Source of the DNA: Nitrososphaerota archaeon
GTDB lineage: Archaea; Thermoproteota; Nitrososphaeria_A; Caldarchaeales; Calditenuaceae
DNA length: 64,000 nt
Assembly: GCA_041641295.1 (NCBI GenBank)
Contig: JBEPYO010000001.1
Coordinates: 416,001-480,000, forward strand
Direction of reading: 5' to 3'
Translations under genes and position numbers: made by a program
Notes under the pieces: model-generated
Database searches by the model: none
Seen by the model: only the letters and a program-made list of their open reading frames with translations
Told to the model about the DNA's origin: nothing
Shown here: positions 49,869-59,599 of the stretch, piece after piece
Layout of the letters: each line of letters opens with the position of its first letter
How positions within the stretch are numbered: the first letter of the stretch is position 1

Positions 49869-50509
49869 ACTAGATCCTCGTTCAATATCTTATCACGAAG
49901 CAGTACAAAACCTTGTATGAGTGTCTGAGGGTTTGGTGGGCATCCGGGTACGTAGACATCTACGGGGACTATGTCGTCAACTCCTTGGAGGACATTGTAG
50001 GAGTCTTTAGCATAGAGGCCGCCAGATATGGCGCAGGCACCCATCGCAATCACATACTTCGGCTCAGGCATCTGGTCATAGATTATCCTGACCCTCTGGG
50101 CCATTTTAGTAGTCACTGTCCCCTCCACGATGAGGAGGTCGGACTGCCGTAGTGAGCCGACCGCGTTCAATATTCCAAACCTCTCGGGATCGTATCTGGA
50201 GCCTACTGTCCCGGCGAACTCGACCGAGCAGCAGGCCGTGGTGAGGTGGACTGGGAAGAGGGATGAGAGACGGCCCCAGTTCACTATATATTTGATGAGG
50301 GACCGCCTCCTAAACCACTGAATAATGAAGTTCCCTCCTCCCGCGTCGTTAAGCCTGCCTACCCCATACCTTCTGACCGATTCGGGGATTCTCTGCGGGG
50401 GAACCTCCTCCTTGGCTATAGACTCCACAACAACCCGTGAAGAGCCTAGTGTGAGATTGAAGAGGCCTATCCTCCGCCTAGAGCCCGCGAACGTGCAGAA
50501 GTGGGCCAA
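49865..50509 (-). CDS. nuoB: Complex I-like subunit NuoB
   Basis: TACCSVE tandem Cys, QMPEPKYVIAMGACAISGG, PGCPP. Confidence 0.94.
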   Translation of the reverse strand: MAHFCTFAGSRRRIGLFNLTLGSSRVVVESIAKEEVPPQRIPESVRRYGVGRLNDAGGGNFIIQWFRRRSLIKYIVNWGRLSSLFPVHLTTACCSVEFAGTVGSRYDPERFGILNAVGSLRQSDLLIVEGTVTTKMAQRVRIIYDQMPEPKYVIAMGACAISGGLYAKDSYNVLQGVDDIVPVDVYVPGCPPNPQTLIQGFVLLRDKILNEDLV

Positions 50510-50586
50510 TTACGGTTCTCAGCCGTTCTAGCGGTTCACGCCTTATTTAACCCTATTTGACAACTCCAAGCATCACTGTTCTCCAC

Positions 50587-51603
50587 TCAGAACACTAAAA
50601 CCACTTTTCCAATATTTTCTCTCCTCTCGACGATGCCTAGCGCCTCTGATGCCCTTTCGACCGGTAATCGCGTGATTGCTGGTTTGAGGCGGCCAGACCC
50701 CCAAAGCTCCAGAGCCTCTTCCATGTTCCTTCGCGTAGAGCCTACGGCGCCGACCACCATGTTTTCTCTAAGTATCATGTAGCCTAGAGGTACCTTTACA
50801 TTACCGACTGAGACGTTTCCAATCACGACTACGCGGCCTCCCCACGCCGTCGATCTTAGCGACTGCTCAAATGTTGGGGTGCCCACACACTCTAAAACAA
50901 CGTCGACACCCTCGCCCCCCGTTATCTCTCTTACCCTCGCGGAGAGCTGCTCAACACCTATTATGACGTGGTCTGCCCCGGCCTTCTTGATACTCTCTGC
51001 CTTGGAGCTGCTTGAGGTGTTGGCGACCACCTTGCACCCCAGTAGCTTGGATATCATGACCGCGTGGATTCCGACCCCGCCCCCAGCACCTGTAACTAGT
51101 ACCGTCTCACCTGCCCTAACCTTCGCTTGGTCTCTTAACGCATGAATTATCATTCCCAAGACACAGCCGGTTATTGAGGCATCTGCTAAGTCGACCGTGT
51201 CTGGAACCTTAACCAAGTCTCTCGCATTTACTACTATGTACTCGGCCCAAGAGCCGTCCCTCTCCTCACCTAGCTGGAGCCTGTTTCTGCATAGATTCTC
51301 CCTCCCCTCCAGACAGTATCTGCATCTGCCGCATGTGGTGTGTGGTAGGCCAGCCACCCTATCACCAACCTCCAAGCCCTCTACACCCTCACCCAGCTCG
51401 ACGACAACCCCTGAAAACTCGTGCCCCATCACGACTGGACGCTTGGCCCTCGGCATCATCCCCCGCTGATTGAGGAGGTCGCGGTAACAGACACCCGCAG
51501 CCTCCACCTTGACCACGACCTCGCCTCGCCCCGGACGCGAAGGCTCCTGCACACTGGCAATCAGTAGATTGGACTCCTCCTGTCTAAGGATTACAGCCTT
51601 CAA
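50587..51603 (-). CDS. Zn-dependent MDR dehydrogenase, acryloyl-CoA reductase-like
   Basis: CYRD, GHE, CGRCRYC...C, CVLGM, TGAGGGVGIH, VGTPTF, GNV. Confidence 0.8.
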   Translation of the reverse strand: MKAVILRQEESNLLIASVQEPSRPGRGEVVVKVEAAGVCYRDLLNQRGMMPRAKRPVVMGHEFSGVVVELGEGVEGLEVGDRVAGLPHTTCGRCRYCLEGRENLCRNRLQLGEERDGSWAEYIVVNARDLVKVPDTVDLADASITGCVLGMIIHALRDQAKVRAGETVLVTGAGGGVGIHAVMISKLLGCKVVANTSSSSKAESIKKAGADHVIIGVEQLSARVREITGGEGVDVVLECVGTPTFEQSLRSTAWGGRVVVIGNVSVGNVKVPLGYMILRENMVVGAVGSTRRNMEEALELWGSGRLKPAITRLPVERASEALGIVERRENIGKVVLVF

Positions 51604-51649
51604 ACCTCACCAACAATATGAAAATAGTTAGTCGGCGGCATATTCTGTC

Positions 51650-53755
51650 CTACTTCCTTGCCTTGAGGTAAACCACCATGCTCTTGTAATCACCCCTAAT
51701 TCCGAGGTCTAAGCCATAGCTCATAAGGTATGAACCGCTGAACACTTGGCCGCTACCGTCAAGCTCGTAGGCAAGATCTGGGTCCAGTCCGCGGAGCCGT
51801 ATATTCGGCATTCGCTTTCCAAACCCTTGCTGTAGAGTGAAGGCGAAAAGTAACGACTCTGTCTTCTCAGGTGTAACATACTGGAAGGCGGCGAACTCTC
51901 CGGTCCTCGGACTCTTAAGCCTGTAGAGGTCTCCATCCTGCACAATATGCCTAACCTTCTTATAGAAGTCTATATGCATCTTAACCTCTTCAATCTCATT
52001 CTTACTTAGCTCTAGTAGGTTGACGCTGATACCTAGGGCTCCCATCATCGCAGAGTGGAACCTGAACTCGAGTGAGAGGAACCTGTTGGTAAGGAAGTTC
52101 GGAACACCTGTCACCCACGCCCCCATGGTCTTCGGACAATAAGCCATCGTGAACCCCTCTTGTATGAATAGCCTGTCAAGGGCGTCGGTGTTATCGCTTG
52201 TCCAGAACTGGTCAAACCGCTCCATTGCCCCAAGATCGACTCTACCACCTCCACCGGAGCAGCCTTCAAAGATCACGTTCGGATGCCTCCTCCTGAGCTC
52301 CTCAAGAATCTCGTATACTGCTTGGACATGCCTAACCCAGATCTCCCTCTGCCTCTCGCGAGGAGCGTCCGGCCAGCCAGGCTCGCTAAAGCTCCTATTC
52401 ATATCCCACTTGACGAATCCAATATCATTCTCCGTTAGCAATCTATCGAGCCATCCAAAAACATACTCTCTCACATCCTCTTTACACAGATTTAGGACAA
52501 GCTGATTTCTCATCTCACTTCTCGGCCTTCCAAGGAAGTGATACACCCAATCTGGGTGAAGCCTGTATAGGTCACTGTTGGGGTTTACCATCTCGGGCTC
52601 AACCCAGATTCCGAAGATCATACCCTTAGACTTGACATGCTCAATCACTGGGCCAAGCCCGCGGGGAAACTTCTTAGGGTCTGGAACCCAGTCTCCGAGC
52701 CCCGCCCTGTCATCATTTCGACCCTTAAACCAGCCATCATCAACCACGAAGACCTCTACGCCGATCTCCGCTGCAAGGTCGGCCAGCCTTTTCAGGTTCT
52801 CCTCGTTGACATTGAAATACAGTGTCTCCCAAGTGTTGTAGACTACTGGGCGCGGCTTCTTGGCATTGTTTCGCGGCAGGACTACATCTCTCTCGAAACG
52901 GTGGAGGGACCTGCTCAGCGCTCCGAAACCACCTTCACTGTGTGTCAGGACCATTTTAGGGGTCTTGAAGGTCTCTCCCGGCCCCAAATAGAGGCTGAAG
53001 TCGAAGTCGTTTACACCCATCGAGACTCTGAGCTGGTCATGCCCCACATATTCCGAGACACACTTCCAGTTACCACTCCAAGCCAGCAGACAGCCCCACA
53101 CCTCACCCTCCTCCTCACCCGCATCACCCGCATCAAAGAACACAGCGGGGTTAAGCTGGTGACTGGTTACACCACGCCTACTCTCCAAGACCTTCTTGCC
53201 AGCCCTAAGCTCCTCCTGAACAATCTTCGTCTCACCAGCCCAGTGGCCCGCCAGAAAAGTCATACGCCAGCTGCTTCTCCGCGGAAGCGAGACAGCCCCA
53301 GAGAGGACCTCCTCGAGGATGACGGGCCCAGGCCCCGCGTTGCGGATCTCAGCCCACCTCACAACCAAATTGTACTGGGGGTATGCGCGATAGTGAAGGT
53401 CAACCAGGAGATTGTATCCAATATCTTTGAGCGTTATTGAGAGTCCATTCTCATCGATCAGTCTGTGACCTTCGTATTTTAGGACACAGTCCCTCACCCC
53501 TCCCGGAAGCTCAGCCTTGAGACACGGCTCCATGAACCTGAGACCTCCAAATGTGCTATACTCCTCGCGCAACAGGTGCAGCCCAGGCTCAAAGGGGAAG
53601 TGGCCCCCCAGCTGGATTGACTCTCCAAACTCCGCACGACCACCAAAATGCACGTTAATAAGCGACCCGTCATCAGCCACCTTCAAGACATAGTGGAGCT
53701 CCCCAGCACTAATCGACCACAGCCTCTCTGAAGGAAGAAAACTGACAGGCGCCAC
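51650..53755 (-). CDS. Alpha-galactosidase, GH36
   Basis: YNTWE, VDDGWF, WVEPEMV, KWDMNR, CSGGGGRVD, WTSDNTD. Confidence 0.95.
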   Translation of the reverse strand: MAPVSFLPSERLWSISAGELHYVLKVADDGSLINVHFGGRAEFGESIQLGGHFPFEPGLHLLREEYSTFGGLRFMEPCLKAELPGGVRDCVLKYEGHRLIDENGLSITLKDIGYNLLVDLHYRAYPQYNLVVRWAEIRNAGPGPVILEEVLSGAVSLPRRSSWRMTFLAGHWAGETKIVQEELRAGKKVLESRRGVTSHQLNPAVFFDAGDAGEEEGEVWGCLLAWSGNWKCVSEYVGHDQLRVSMGVNDFDFSLYLGPGETFKTPKMVLTHSEGGFGALSRSLHRFERDVVLPRNNAKKPRPVVYNTWETLYFNVNEENLKRLADLAAEIGVEVFVVDDGWFKGRNDDRAGLGDWVPDPKKFPRGLGPVIEHVKSKGMIFGIWVEPEMVNPNSDLYRLHPDWVYHFLGRPRSEMRNQLVLNLCKEDVREYVFGWLDRLLTENDIGFVKWDMNRSFSEPGWPDAPRERQREIWVRHVQAVYEILEELRRRHPNVIFEGCSGGGGRVDLGAMERFDQFWTSDNTDALDRLFIQEGFTMAYCPKTMGAWVTGVPNFLTNRFLSLEFRFHSAMMGALGISVNLLELSKNEIEEVKMHIDFYKKVRHIVQDGDLYRLKSPRTGEFAAFQYVTPEKTESLLFAFTLQQGFGKRMPNIRLRGLDPDLAYELDGSGQVFSGSYLMSYGLDLGIRGDYKSMVVYLKARK

Positions 53756-54010
53756 GAATAGGCACTAGTCCACGGTGGCATATTTTCCTTTCCAGCACAG
53801 CACACTGCACGCCTAACGCTCTTCTCACGATAATCCAGCCTCCAAGACGACAACGCCACCGCTCAGATACTGCCAAACCCCCTGTAAAATCGCCTTCACA
53901 GCCTCTAAATGGGGAATGCCCCGCAAAAGCCAGTCCACCCATTAAATCGGCCCTAAGGCCCGGTGAAACTTAAAAACAACCACATAATAACATAGCAACG
54001 GAGGCAAAAA

Positions 54011-54085
54011 GCCTGGGTAGTATAGCCAGGTCTAGTATCGGCGGCTGTCGCCCGCCGGACCCGGGTTCAAATCCCGGCCCAGGCG
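54011..54085 (+). tRNA. tRNA-Asp (GTC), no intron, CCA not encoded
   Basis: GCCTGGG/CCCAGGC acceptor, GGCGG-CT-GTC-GC-CCGCC anticodon arm, GGTTCAAATCC. Confidence 0.95.
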
Positions 54086-54317
54086 CCTTATATTATCTCG
54101 CCACGTATTCGCATTGACGTGTAAGTGTAGTGAGGTTGAGTGTTGAAGAGAGATTTGTTGTGTGTTCTTCACACTATATTCTACGTTGGGGCTTTCCTCC
54201 TCCATTCTCTAATGGTTGTGGGGGTCTTTGATCTTACCGCTATTCGAAATATTACCACGAAACTCGAGGTAAGACTGCGGGCTTAAATATTAGGGAGGGG
54301 TGATGGGGTTGGGGCTT

Positions 54318-54704
54318 ATGTCTGTGGTGAAGGGCTCGTCTTCTGTTCCTGAGGAGCCTGTGGATAACGCGGTGGATACTTTTATCCAGTGGCTTATTGA
54401 TAGGCGTGATGGCGCGCCCAATTTTGAGCTGAGAAAGTTCAGGATTAAGCGGGGTGGAATGATTCCCCCTCACATGCACCCGGATATTGAGCATATCCAG
54501 TACGTGCTGAGGGGGAGGTATAGGGTCAAGCTGGGTGATAGGGAGGTCGTCGTGAGTAGGGGAGATGCAATACTGATACCCGCGGGGACAGTGCACGCAT
54601 ACTACAACGACGGCGAAGAGGATGCCGAGTTCCTATGCATCATCCCGAGAAAAAGCGAGTACAAGACAGTATGGGTGGATGAACAACCTCCGAGGAGCTG
54701 CTAA
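54318..54704 (+). CDS. Cupin-2 domain protein
   Basis: GAPNFELRKF, PHMHPDIEH, IPAGTVH. Confidence 0.88.
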   Translation: MSVVKGSSSVPEEPVDNAVDTFIQWLIDRRDGAPNFELRKFRIKRGGMIPPHMHPDIEHIQYVLRGRYRVKLGDREVVVSRGDAILIPAGTVHAYYNDGEEDAEFLCIIPRKSEYKTVWVDEQPPRSC

Positions 54705-54774
54705 CTGTGCAGATAAAAACGATGCATGGTGGAGATGCGATAGAATTAAATAAAAGTGCACTATTAAATCGTCC

Positions 54775-55656
54775 GTGCCCAAGTTTGAAGTTGATACAAA
54801 ATATATTCACGGAATGCTGGATCCCAAGTATATAGGTAAACCCGAAGAAGTACTCATAAAACCAATTCTCAAATTATTCGGCGAAGAGGTAGAGGTTTAT
54901 GACTTATCCCATCCATTCGGCCCCGGTGTTCCTCTCTGGCCATACTTCCCAGACATAAGGGTTGAAAGAATGCACTACCACGCTAAATCACGTGTCCTGT
55001 CCCAAGTGATAACTACAGTGATGCATGTCTCTACCCACGCAGACGCGCCAGTACATGTTGAAGAAGGATTTCCCTCCATAGACCAAGTGCCTATTGAAAG
55101 ATACATGGGTGATGGAGTGGTCGTATCTATTCCTAAAGGAAAGTGGGATGTAATAACAGCTGAAGATTTAGAAAAAGCCGATCCACCTATTGAGCGGGGC
55201 GACATAGTTATCGTAAACACGGGCTGGCATAAGTATTGGGGAGATACAGTGAAATACTTCTGTTATGCCCCTGGTTTCTATAAAGAGGCAGGCGAGTGGT
55301 TCGTAAAGAAAGGGGTGAAGGCGGTCGGCATAGATACACAAGCCTTAGACCACCCCCTGGGGACGAGAGAAGTCTGGTACCAAGATGGGGGAGACGAAAG
55401 AAACGTCGTAGTACCATGGCTGGCTGATGAATATAAAAAAGAGACTGGAAGAGATGTCCGTGAAGACTTTCCATACTGGGAGCCATGCCACAGACTGTTG
55501 CTGACACATGGGATCGTCGGCTGGGAAAACGTTGGCGGAGACATAGACAAAGTAACGGGCAAACGATGCTTCATAATAGGGTTACCGATAAGATGGGTTG
55601 GCGGAGACGCATCAATAGTTAGGCTAGTTGCAATAGTCAAAAAATCCAAAGCGTGA
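54775..55656 (+). CDS. Cyclase-family metallohydrolase (dihydrophloroglucinol cyclohydrolase-like)
   Basis: DLSHP, HVSTHADAP.H, GIDTQALDHP, DFPYWEPCH, ENVGGD. Confidence 0.85.
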   Translation: MPKFEVDTKYIHGMLDPKYIGKPEEVLIKPILKLFGEEVEVYDLSHPFGPGVPLWPYFPDIRVERMHYHAKSRVLSQVITTVMHVSTHADAPVHVEEGFPSIDQVPIERYMGDGVVVSIPKGKWDVITAEDLEKADPPIERGDIVIVNTGWHKYWGDTVKYFCYAPGFYKEAGEWFVKKGVKAVGIDTQALDHPLGTREVWYQDGGDERNVVVPWLADEYKKETGRDVREDFPYWEPCHRLLLTHGIVGWENVGGDIDKVTGKRCFIIGLPIRWVGGDASIVRLVAIVKKSKA

Positions 55657-55661
55657 TAATA

Positions 55662-56498
55662 TTACGTCCAGCTAGTCACTCCACCGTCAATGTATAGTAT
55701 CTGGCCAGTGACAAAATTTGACGCATCAGAAGCAAAATAAACGATAGCCCCTATCAAATCGTCTGGCACCCCCCACCTACCCAGCAATATTCTTGACAAC
55801 ATACTCTTTGAAAGCTCTGGATCTCTCATAATGTGAGACGTTAATGGAGTGGCTATGACTGTCGGGGCTATAGCATTGACTTGGATATTGAACTTCGCCC
55901 ACTCACAGGCAAGCTGCTTGGTAAGCATGTTGACGGCACCCTTGCTGGTACAATATGCCACATAATTTCTTGGAAGACCAAAAGCTCCTCTAACGGAGGA
56001 GACATTAATTATTTTACCCTGTCTCTGCCGTATCATTACTTTTCCCACTTCTCGGCATGATAGGAACACTCCTGTAACGTTTACATCCATTACAGTCTTC
56101 CAATCCTCGAGAGGATATTCTTCGGCTGGCCTTAGAATATTAATTCCAGCATAATTGACGAGAATATTTATCTTTCCAAAATTATCGACAGCCTCCTTAA
56201 CCATGTTCTTAACATCGTCAGGCTTAGTTACGTCGCATGGTACGGGGAGACATTTTCTCCCCAGCTGCTCGACCTCTTTTCTCACACGCTCCAGTTTATC
56301 CATATTCCGCCCTACTACCACTATGTCCGCCCCAAAGTCGGCCAGTCCCAAAGCTGTTGGCCTACCTAGACCTCCCCCGCCTCCAGTTATCACAGCAACT
56401 CGCCCTGAAAGATCGAAGAGCTTACGGTAGCCCATAGATCCGCTTTTTATCCTCTCGTCCAGCGATTTCTGGTACTCATCTAGATAGGAGTCGCTCAT
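55662..56498 (-). CDS. Classical SDR reductase (phloroglucinol reductase-like)
   Basis: TGGGGGLG, SSVRG, YCTSK, LACEW, NAIAPTV, DGG. Confidence 0.85.
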   Translation of the reverse strand: MSDSYLDEYQKSLDERIKSGSMGYRKLFDLSGRVAVITGGGGGLGRPTALGLADFGADIVVVGRNMDKLERVRKEVEQLGRKCLPVPCDVTKPDDVKNMVKEAVDNFGKINILVNYAGINILRPAEEYPLEDWKTVMDVNVTGVFLSCREVGKVMIRQRQGKIINVSSVRGAFGLPRNYVAYCTSKGAVNMLTKQLACEWAKFNIQVNAIAPTVIATPLTSHIMRDPELSKSMLSRILLGRWGVPDDLIGAIVYFASDASNFVTGQILYIDGGVTSWT

Positions 56499-56505
56499 CT
56501 ATTCA

Positions 56506-56856
56506 TCATCCCTTCTTCTCAGGGTATGCGCTGATAACCAACATAGTAGCAGGCAAGTTAGTCTTATTGATGATTGCTCGCTTCTCGCCAGCCTCTATGT
56601 AAAGCGAATCGAAGGGTTCCAACACTATTTCCTTACCATCCTCCGTAATGATGGTAAGCTTGCCTGAGAGCATGACGTATACTTTATCAGAATCATTCAC
56701 CGAAGATTCAGCACCTCCGCCGGGCAAATAGTGAGACAAGCCGACCCAAAACGACTTCGTGCCAGTAGTGTCTCTGTGATGGAGTCTCAGAGCCACCATG
56801 TTAAAGTGTTTAGGCGGGTCGTAGGGTTTTGCCTCTTCCAACTTGACGAGCTTCAT
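56506..56856 (-). CDS. Cupin protein of the cyclase/SDR cluster
   Basis: AKPYDPPKHF, FWVGLSHYLPGGGA, KVY. Confidence 0.8.
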   Translation of the reverse strand: MKLVKLEEAKPYDPPKHFNMVALRLHHRDTTGTKSFWVGLSHYLPGGGAESSVNDSDKVYVMLSGKLTIITEDGKEIVLEPFDSLYIEAGEKRAIINKTNLPATMLVISAYPEKKG

Positions 56857-57133
56857 TTTTGATCGTAGATTTTCACGCAATACCCAATATTTGAAGTTTT
56901 ACGAAGTTCATTTAAAGCCTAGAACTAACTTTCACTACTGCAGAACACGTATACACATTACCACTATATAGGCCCAGTCGGCCTTGCAGCTCAATCTTAG
57001 CCATAAAACCATCACCAACAGATCCTCCTGGGCACGAGAATGAAGGTGCGTTTCCGATCAAAGCATCTCTTCCCAACGAGTATAGGATACTCTACAAAAA
57101 CCCCTTGAAAAATTTAACAAATCTGGTCAACAA

Positions 57134-58120
57134 CTAGCTGGAACTATTGGAATCATTAGCTAAGAAATAATTTGATAGATCTTCGGCCCGTTGCAGCTTC
57201 AAGATTTCAAGAAGAGCTTTGTTTCTTCTCTTTACTATTTCGCTTATAGCAACCTGCTGATACGCATAAAAACCTCTACCGCTCTTAACTCCAAGTAGTC
57301 CATTTGCAACATATCTCGCAAGTCTTGCTGAAGGGGTAAACCTTTCCCCCAACCTTTGAGCGAGATACTCTAGCGCCTGCAAGAAAACGTCGAGTCCCCC
57401 CAGATCAGCGATCTGAAAGGGACCCAGCATGGGATACCTTAAACCCACTGTAAGTCTAACTACTTTATCTATATCCGAGGGAGAGGCAAGATTTTCATCC
57501 AACATTCTCATAGCTTCTGCGAACAATGCTGCCTGCAGACGAACACCAATACCACCAGGTGAGTCCTTACACACCACCACCTCTTTTCCTAGCTTTTTAG
57601 TAAATAGATCTACAACTTTTTTTATGATGTCCTCGTTATAATCTGTCTTTATTATTTCAACCAAGGGCATTAGGTATGGAGGGTTCCACCAATGCGTTCC
57701 CACAACCCTCTCTTTGTGTCTTACTTCCTTCGCAATCTCCGAAATCTTAAACGACGAGGTATTCGTAGCTAGAATAACATCTTTTCCACAAAAATCGTCA
57801 AGCTCCTTGAATAGCCTAATTTTTAACTCAAGTACCTCCGGCGCTGCCTCAGTTACAATTTCGACACTCCCTCTAACAGCACTCTGTAGGGAAGTGGTTG
57901 TCGATACTCTTTCTAAAAAATCGTTGCTACTCCCATGCTTTAGAGCACCAAATAAGGAGGGGTCCTCCAAAATGTTTTTAATGTTTTTTACACTTTTTTT
58001 AAGGATTTCTTCATCAACATCAACCAGTGTAACTTCGTATCCCGCTGTCAAGTAAACTACTGCTATACCAGTTCCCATTAAACCAGAGCCTATTATTACT
58101 GTCTTCGGCGCAGAACTCAT
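57134..58120 (-). CDS. 3-hydroxyacyl-CoA dehydrogenase family protein
   Basis: GSGLMG, EAAPE..K, ATNTSS, HWWNPP, RLQ.AL..EA, D.GGLD. Confidence 0.9.
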   Translation of the reverse strand: MSSAPKTVIIGSGLMGTGIAVVYLTAGYEVTLVDVDEEILKKSVKNIKNILEDPSLFGALKHGSSNDFLERVSTTTSLQSAVRGSVEIVTEAAPEVLELKIRLFKELDDFCGKDVILATNTSSFKISEIAKEVRHKERVVGTHWWNPPYLMPLVEIIKTDYNEDIIKKVVDLFTKKLGKEVVVCKDSPGGIGVRLQAALFAEAMRMLDENLASPSDIDKVVRLTVGLRYPMLGPFQIADLGGLDVFLQALEYLAQRLGERFTPSARLARYVANGLLGVKSGRGFYAYQQVAISEIVKRRNKALLEILKLQRAEDLSNYFLANDSNSSS

Positions 58121-58142
58121 TTTCTTTCCCGCACACCATTAA

Positions 58143-59351
58143 TCATTTGAGTTTCTTCACAATATTTAGAAATTCCTCGTCTGTAAGCGCTCGTCTTAGC
58201 CTTATAGCTTCCTCCTTAACAAGATCAACTAGCTTGGCTATCTCCGACTCTGACAATTTAATGTTGAACTCCTTCAGTTTATACTCTATACTTGTGGCAC
58301 CACTCTTCTTACCGACTACTATCTTGACCGGCGGGCGCCCCACTAATGATGGCAGGTATGGCAACATACCTAGCTGAAGGCCTGCCTCTTCGCACATTTT
58401 CCACATGAATACTACCAAACCTGATTCGAAAGTGAACTGGTTGTCGCCTACCACGGCCTTCGTTGGTGAAGGCTTAAACCGCGTTATTTCCGCCACGAGT
58501 TTTGACACCTCATAGATCTTCTCGAGCTTGATTCCGGTATCTACACCCATTAAGAGTTTCAACGCTAATGCAACCTCCTCTGTAGCAGGGTTGCCCGTCC
58601 TCTCTCCAAGCCCATTTACACAACAGTGTACATACTCAGCACCCGCTTGAATAGCTGCCAGATAGTTCGCAACGCCAAGCCCGAAATCATTATGGGTATG
58701 CCACTCTATTGAGACCCCGCTGCCTACCCATTTTCTGACTTGTCTGACCCTAAGCTTTACTGCATCAGGAAGACACATACCGAACGTATCGGCTATGACC
58801 ACTGAATCACATTTAGCCTCTTTGACAACCTGCGTCACAGCTCTCTCAACAAATGATGGATCGGCCCTGGCAGCATCTACAGCCATGAATGAGACATAGA
58901 GTCCATGTTCCTTTGCATACTCATGGATCTCGATATACTTTTGAATTGCTTCCTCCTCACCCCACTTGAACAATGCTTTGATGCTCTTGGGGTTGATAAG
59001 TGTGTCCGTCACAATCGCTTTTACCTCGGTATCCAAAGCAGCATCTATGTCTTCTTTTTTAGCTCTACAAAGACAAGTTACCTGTGCCCTTAATCCTTGA
59101 CGCACCAATTCCCTTATGGCTTTTTTGTCTTCTTCTGAAACTACGGGCATACCTGCCTCGATGCGTGAGACACCAAGCTCATCCAACGCGATAGCTATTC
59201 GAATCTTATCCTCTTTCGTCAGAGTTACTCCCGGAGTCTGCTCACCATCACGTAAAGTTATATCATGAATATGTACGCGGTCAGGAATGGACCAGTCTCT
59301 TCTTACATCAGGGAGCTCGTTAAGCGGTGTTACCCACCACTTTTCCCCCAT
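58143..59351 (-). CDS. DRE-TIM metallolyase (homocitrate/isopropylmalate synthase-like, no regulatory domain)
   Basis: DITLRDGEQTPG, ADTFG, HTHNDFG, GLGERTGN. Confidence 0.85.
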   Translation of the reverse strand: MGEKWWVTPLNELPDVRRDWSIPDRVHIHDITLRDGEQTPGVTLTKEDKIRIAIALDELGVSRIEAGMPVVSEEDKKAIRELVRQGLRAQVTCLCRAKKEDIDAALDTEVKAIVTDTLINPKSIKALFKWGEEEAIQKYIEIHEYAKEHGLYVSFMAVDAARADPSFVERAVTQVVKEAKCDSVVIADTFGMCLPDAVKLRVRQVRKWVGSGVSIEWHTHNDFGLGVANYLAAIQAGAEYVHCCVNGLGERTGNPATEEVALALKLLMGVDTGIKLEKIYEVSKLVAEITRFKPSPTKAVVGDNQFTFESGLVVFMWKMCEEAGLQLGMLPYLPSLVGRPPVKIVVGKKSGATSIEYKLKEFNIKLSESEIAKLVDLVKEEAIRLRRALTDEEFLNIVKKLK

Positions 59352-59599
59352 AGACTACATGCACCTCACCAAACGCCCATAAAGGTGTAAAATAAATGTT
59401 CTTTAAGGAGGAGCCGGCTATGCACTGTTTTTTGATTAAAACCGGTTCACTAGGATGCTAAAAGACCAGCATTATACTTTTGACAAATTAATATACGCCA
59501 ATTGTTGAATTTGTAAGTTACAGTTCACGCCAGCGACCATGGATGTAAACAAATATATGCATTAATGTTTAAATGCAGGCACATATCCTAACAAACGAC

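Noticed and set aside
47839-50509. Group 4 NiFe hydrogenase interpretation
   Set aside because: The large subunit lacks both CxxC Ni ligands, and the small subunit has the tandem CC of NuoB.
52637-53440. 267-aa plus-strand ORF and many similar shadow ORFs (e.g. 706..1359, 13601..14134, 22130..22696)
   Set aside because: Antisense to well-conserved genes, with no motifs of their own.
53709-53942. 77-aa ORF between GH36 and tRNA-Asp
   Set aside because: No recognisable motif, overlaps the GH36 start, and lies in a probable promoter region.
56881-57133. Gap in the island as a remnant of a missing lyase gene
   Set aside because: The frames I translated showed no recognisable similarity.
59505-59575. 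Short palindromes (TGTAAGTTACA; TAAACA...TGTTTA) in the divergent promoter
   Set aside because: Arms of 5-6 bp in AT-rich DNA, single instances, and no regulator gene in view.
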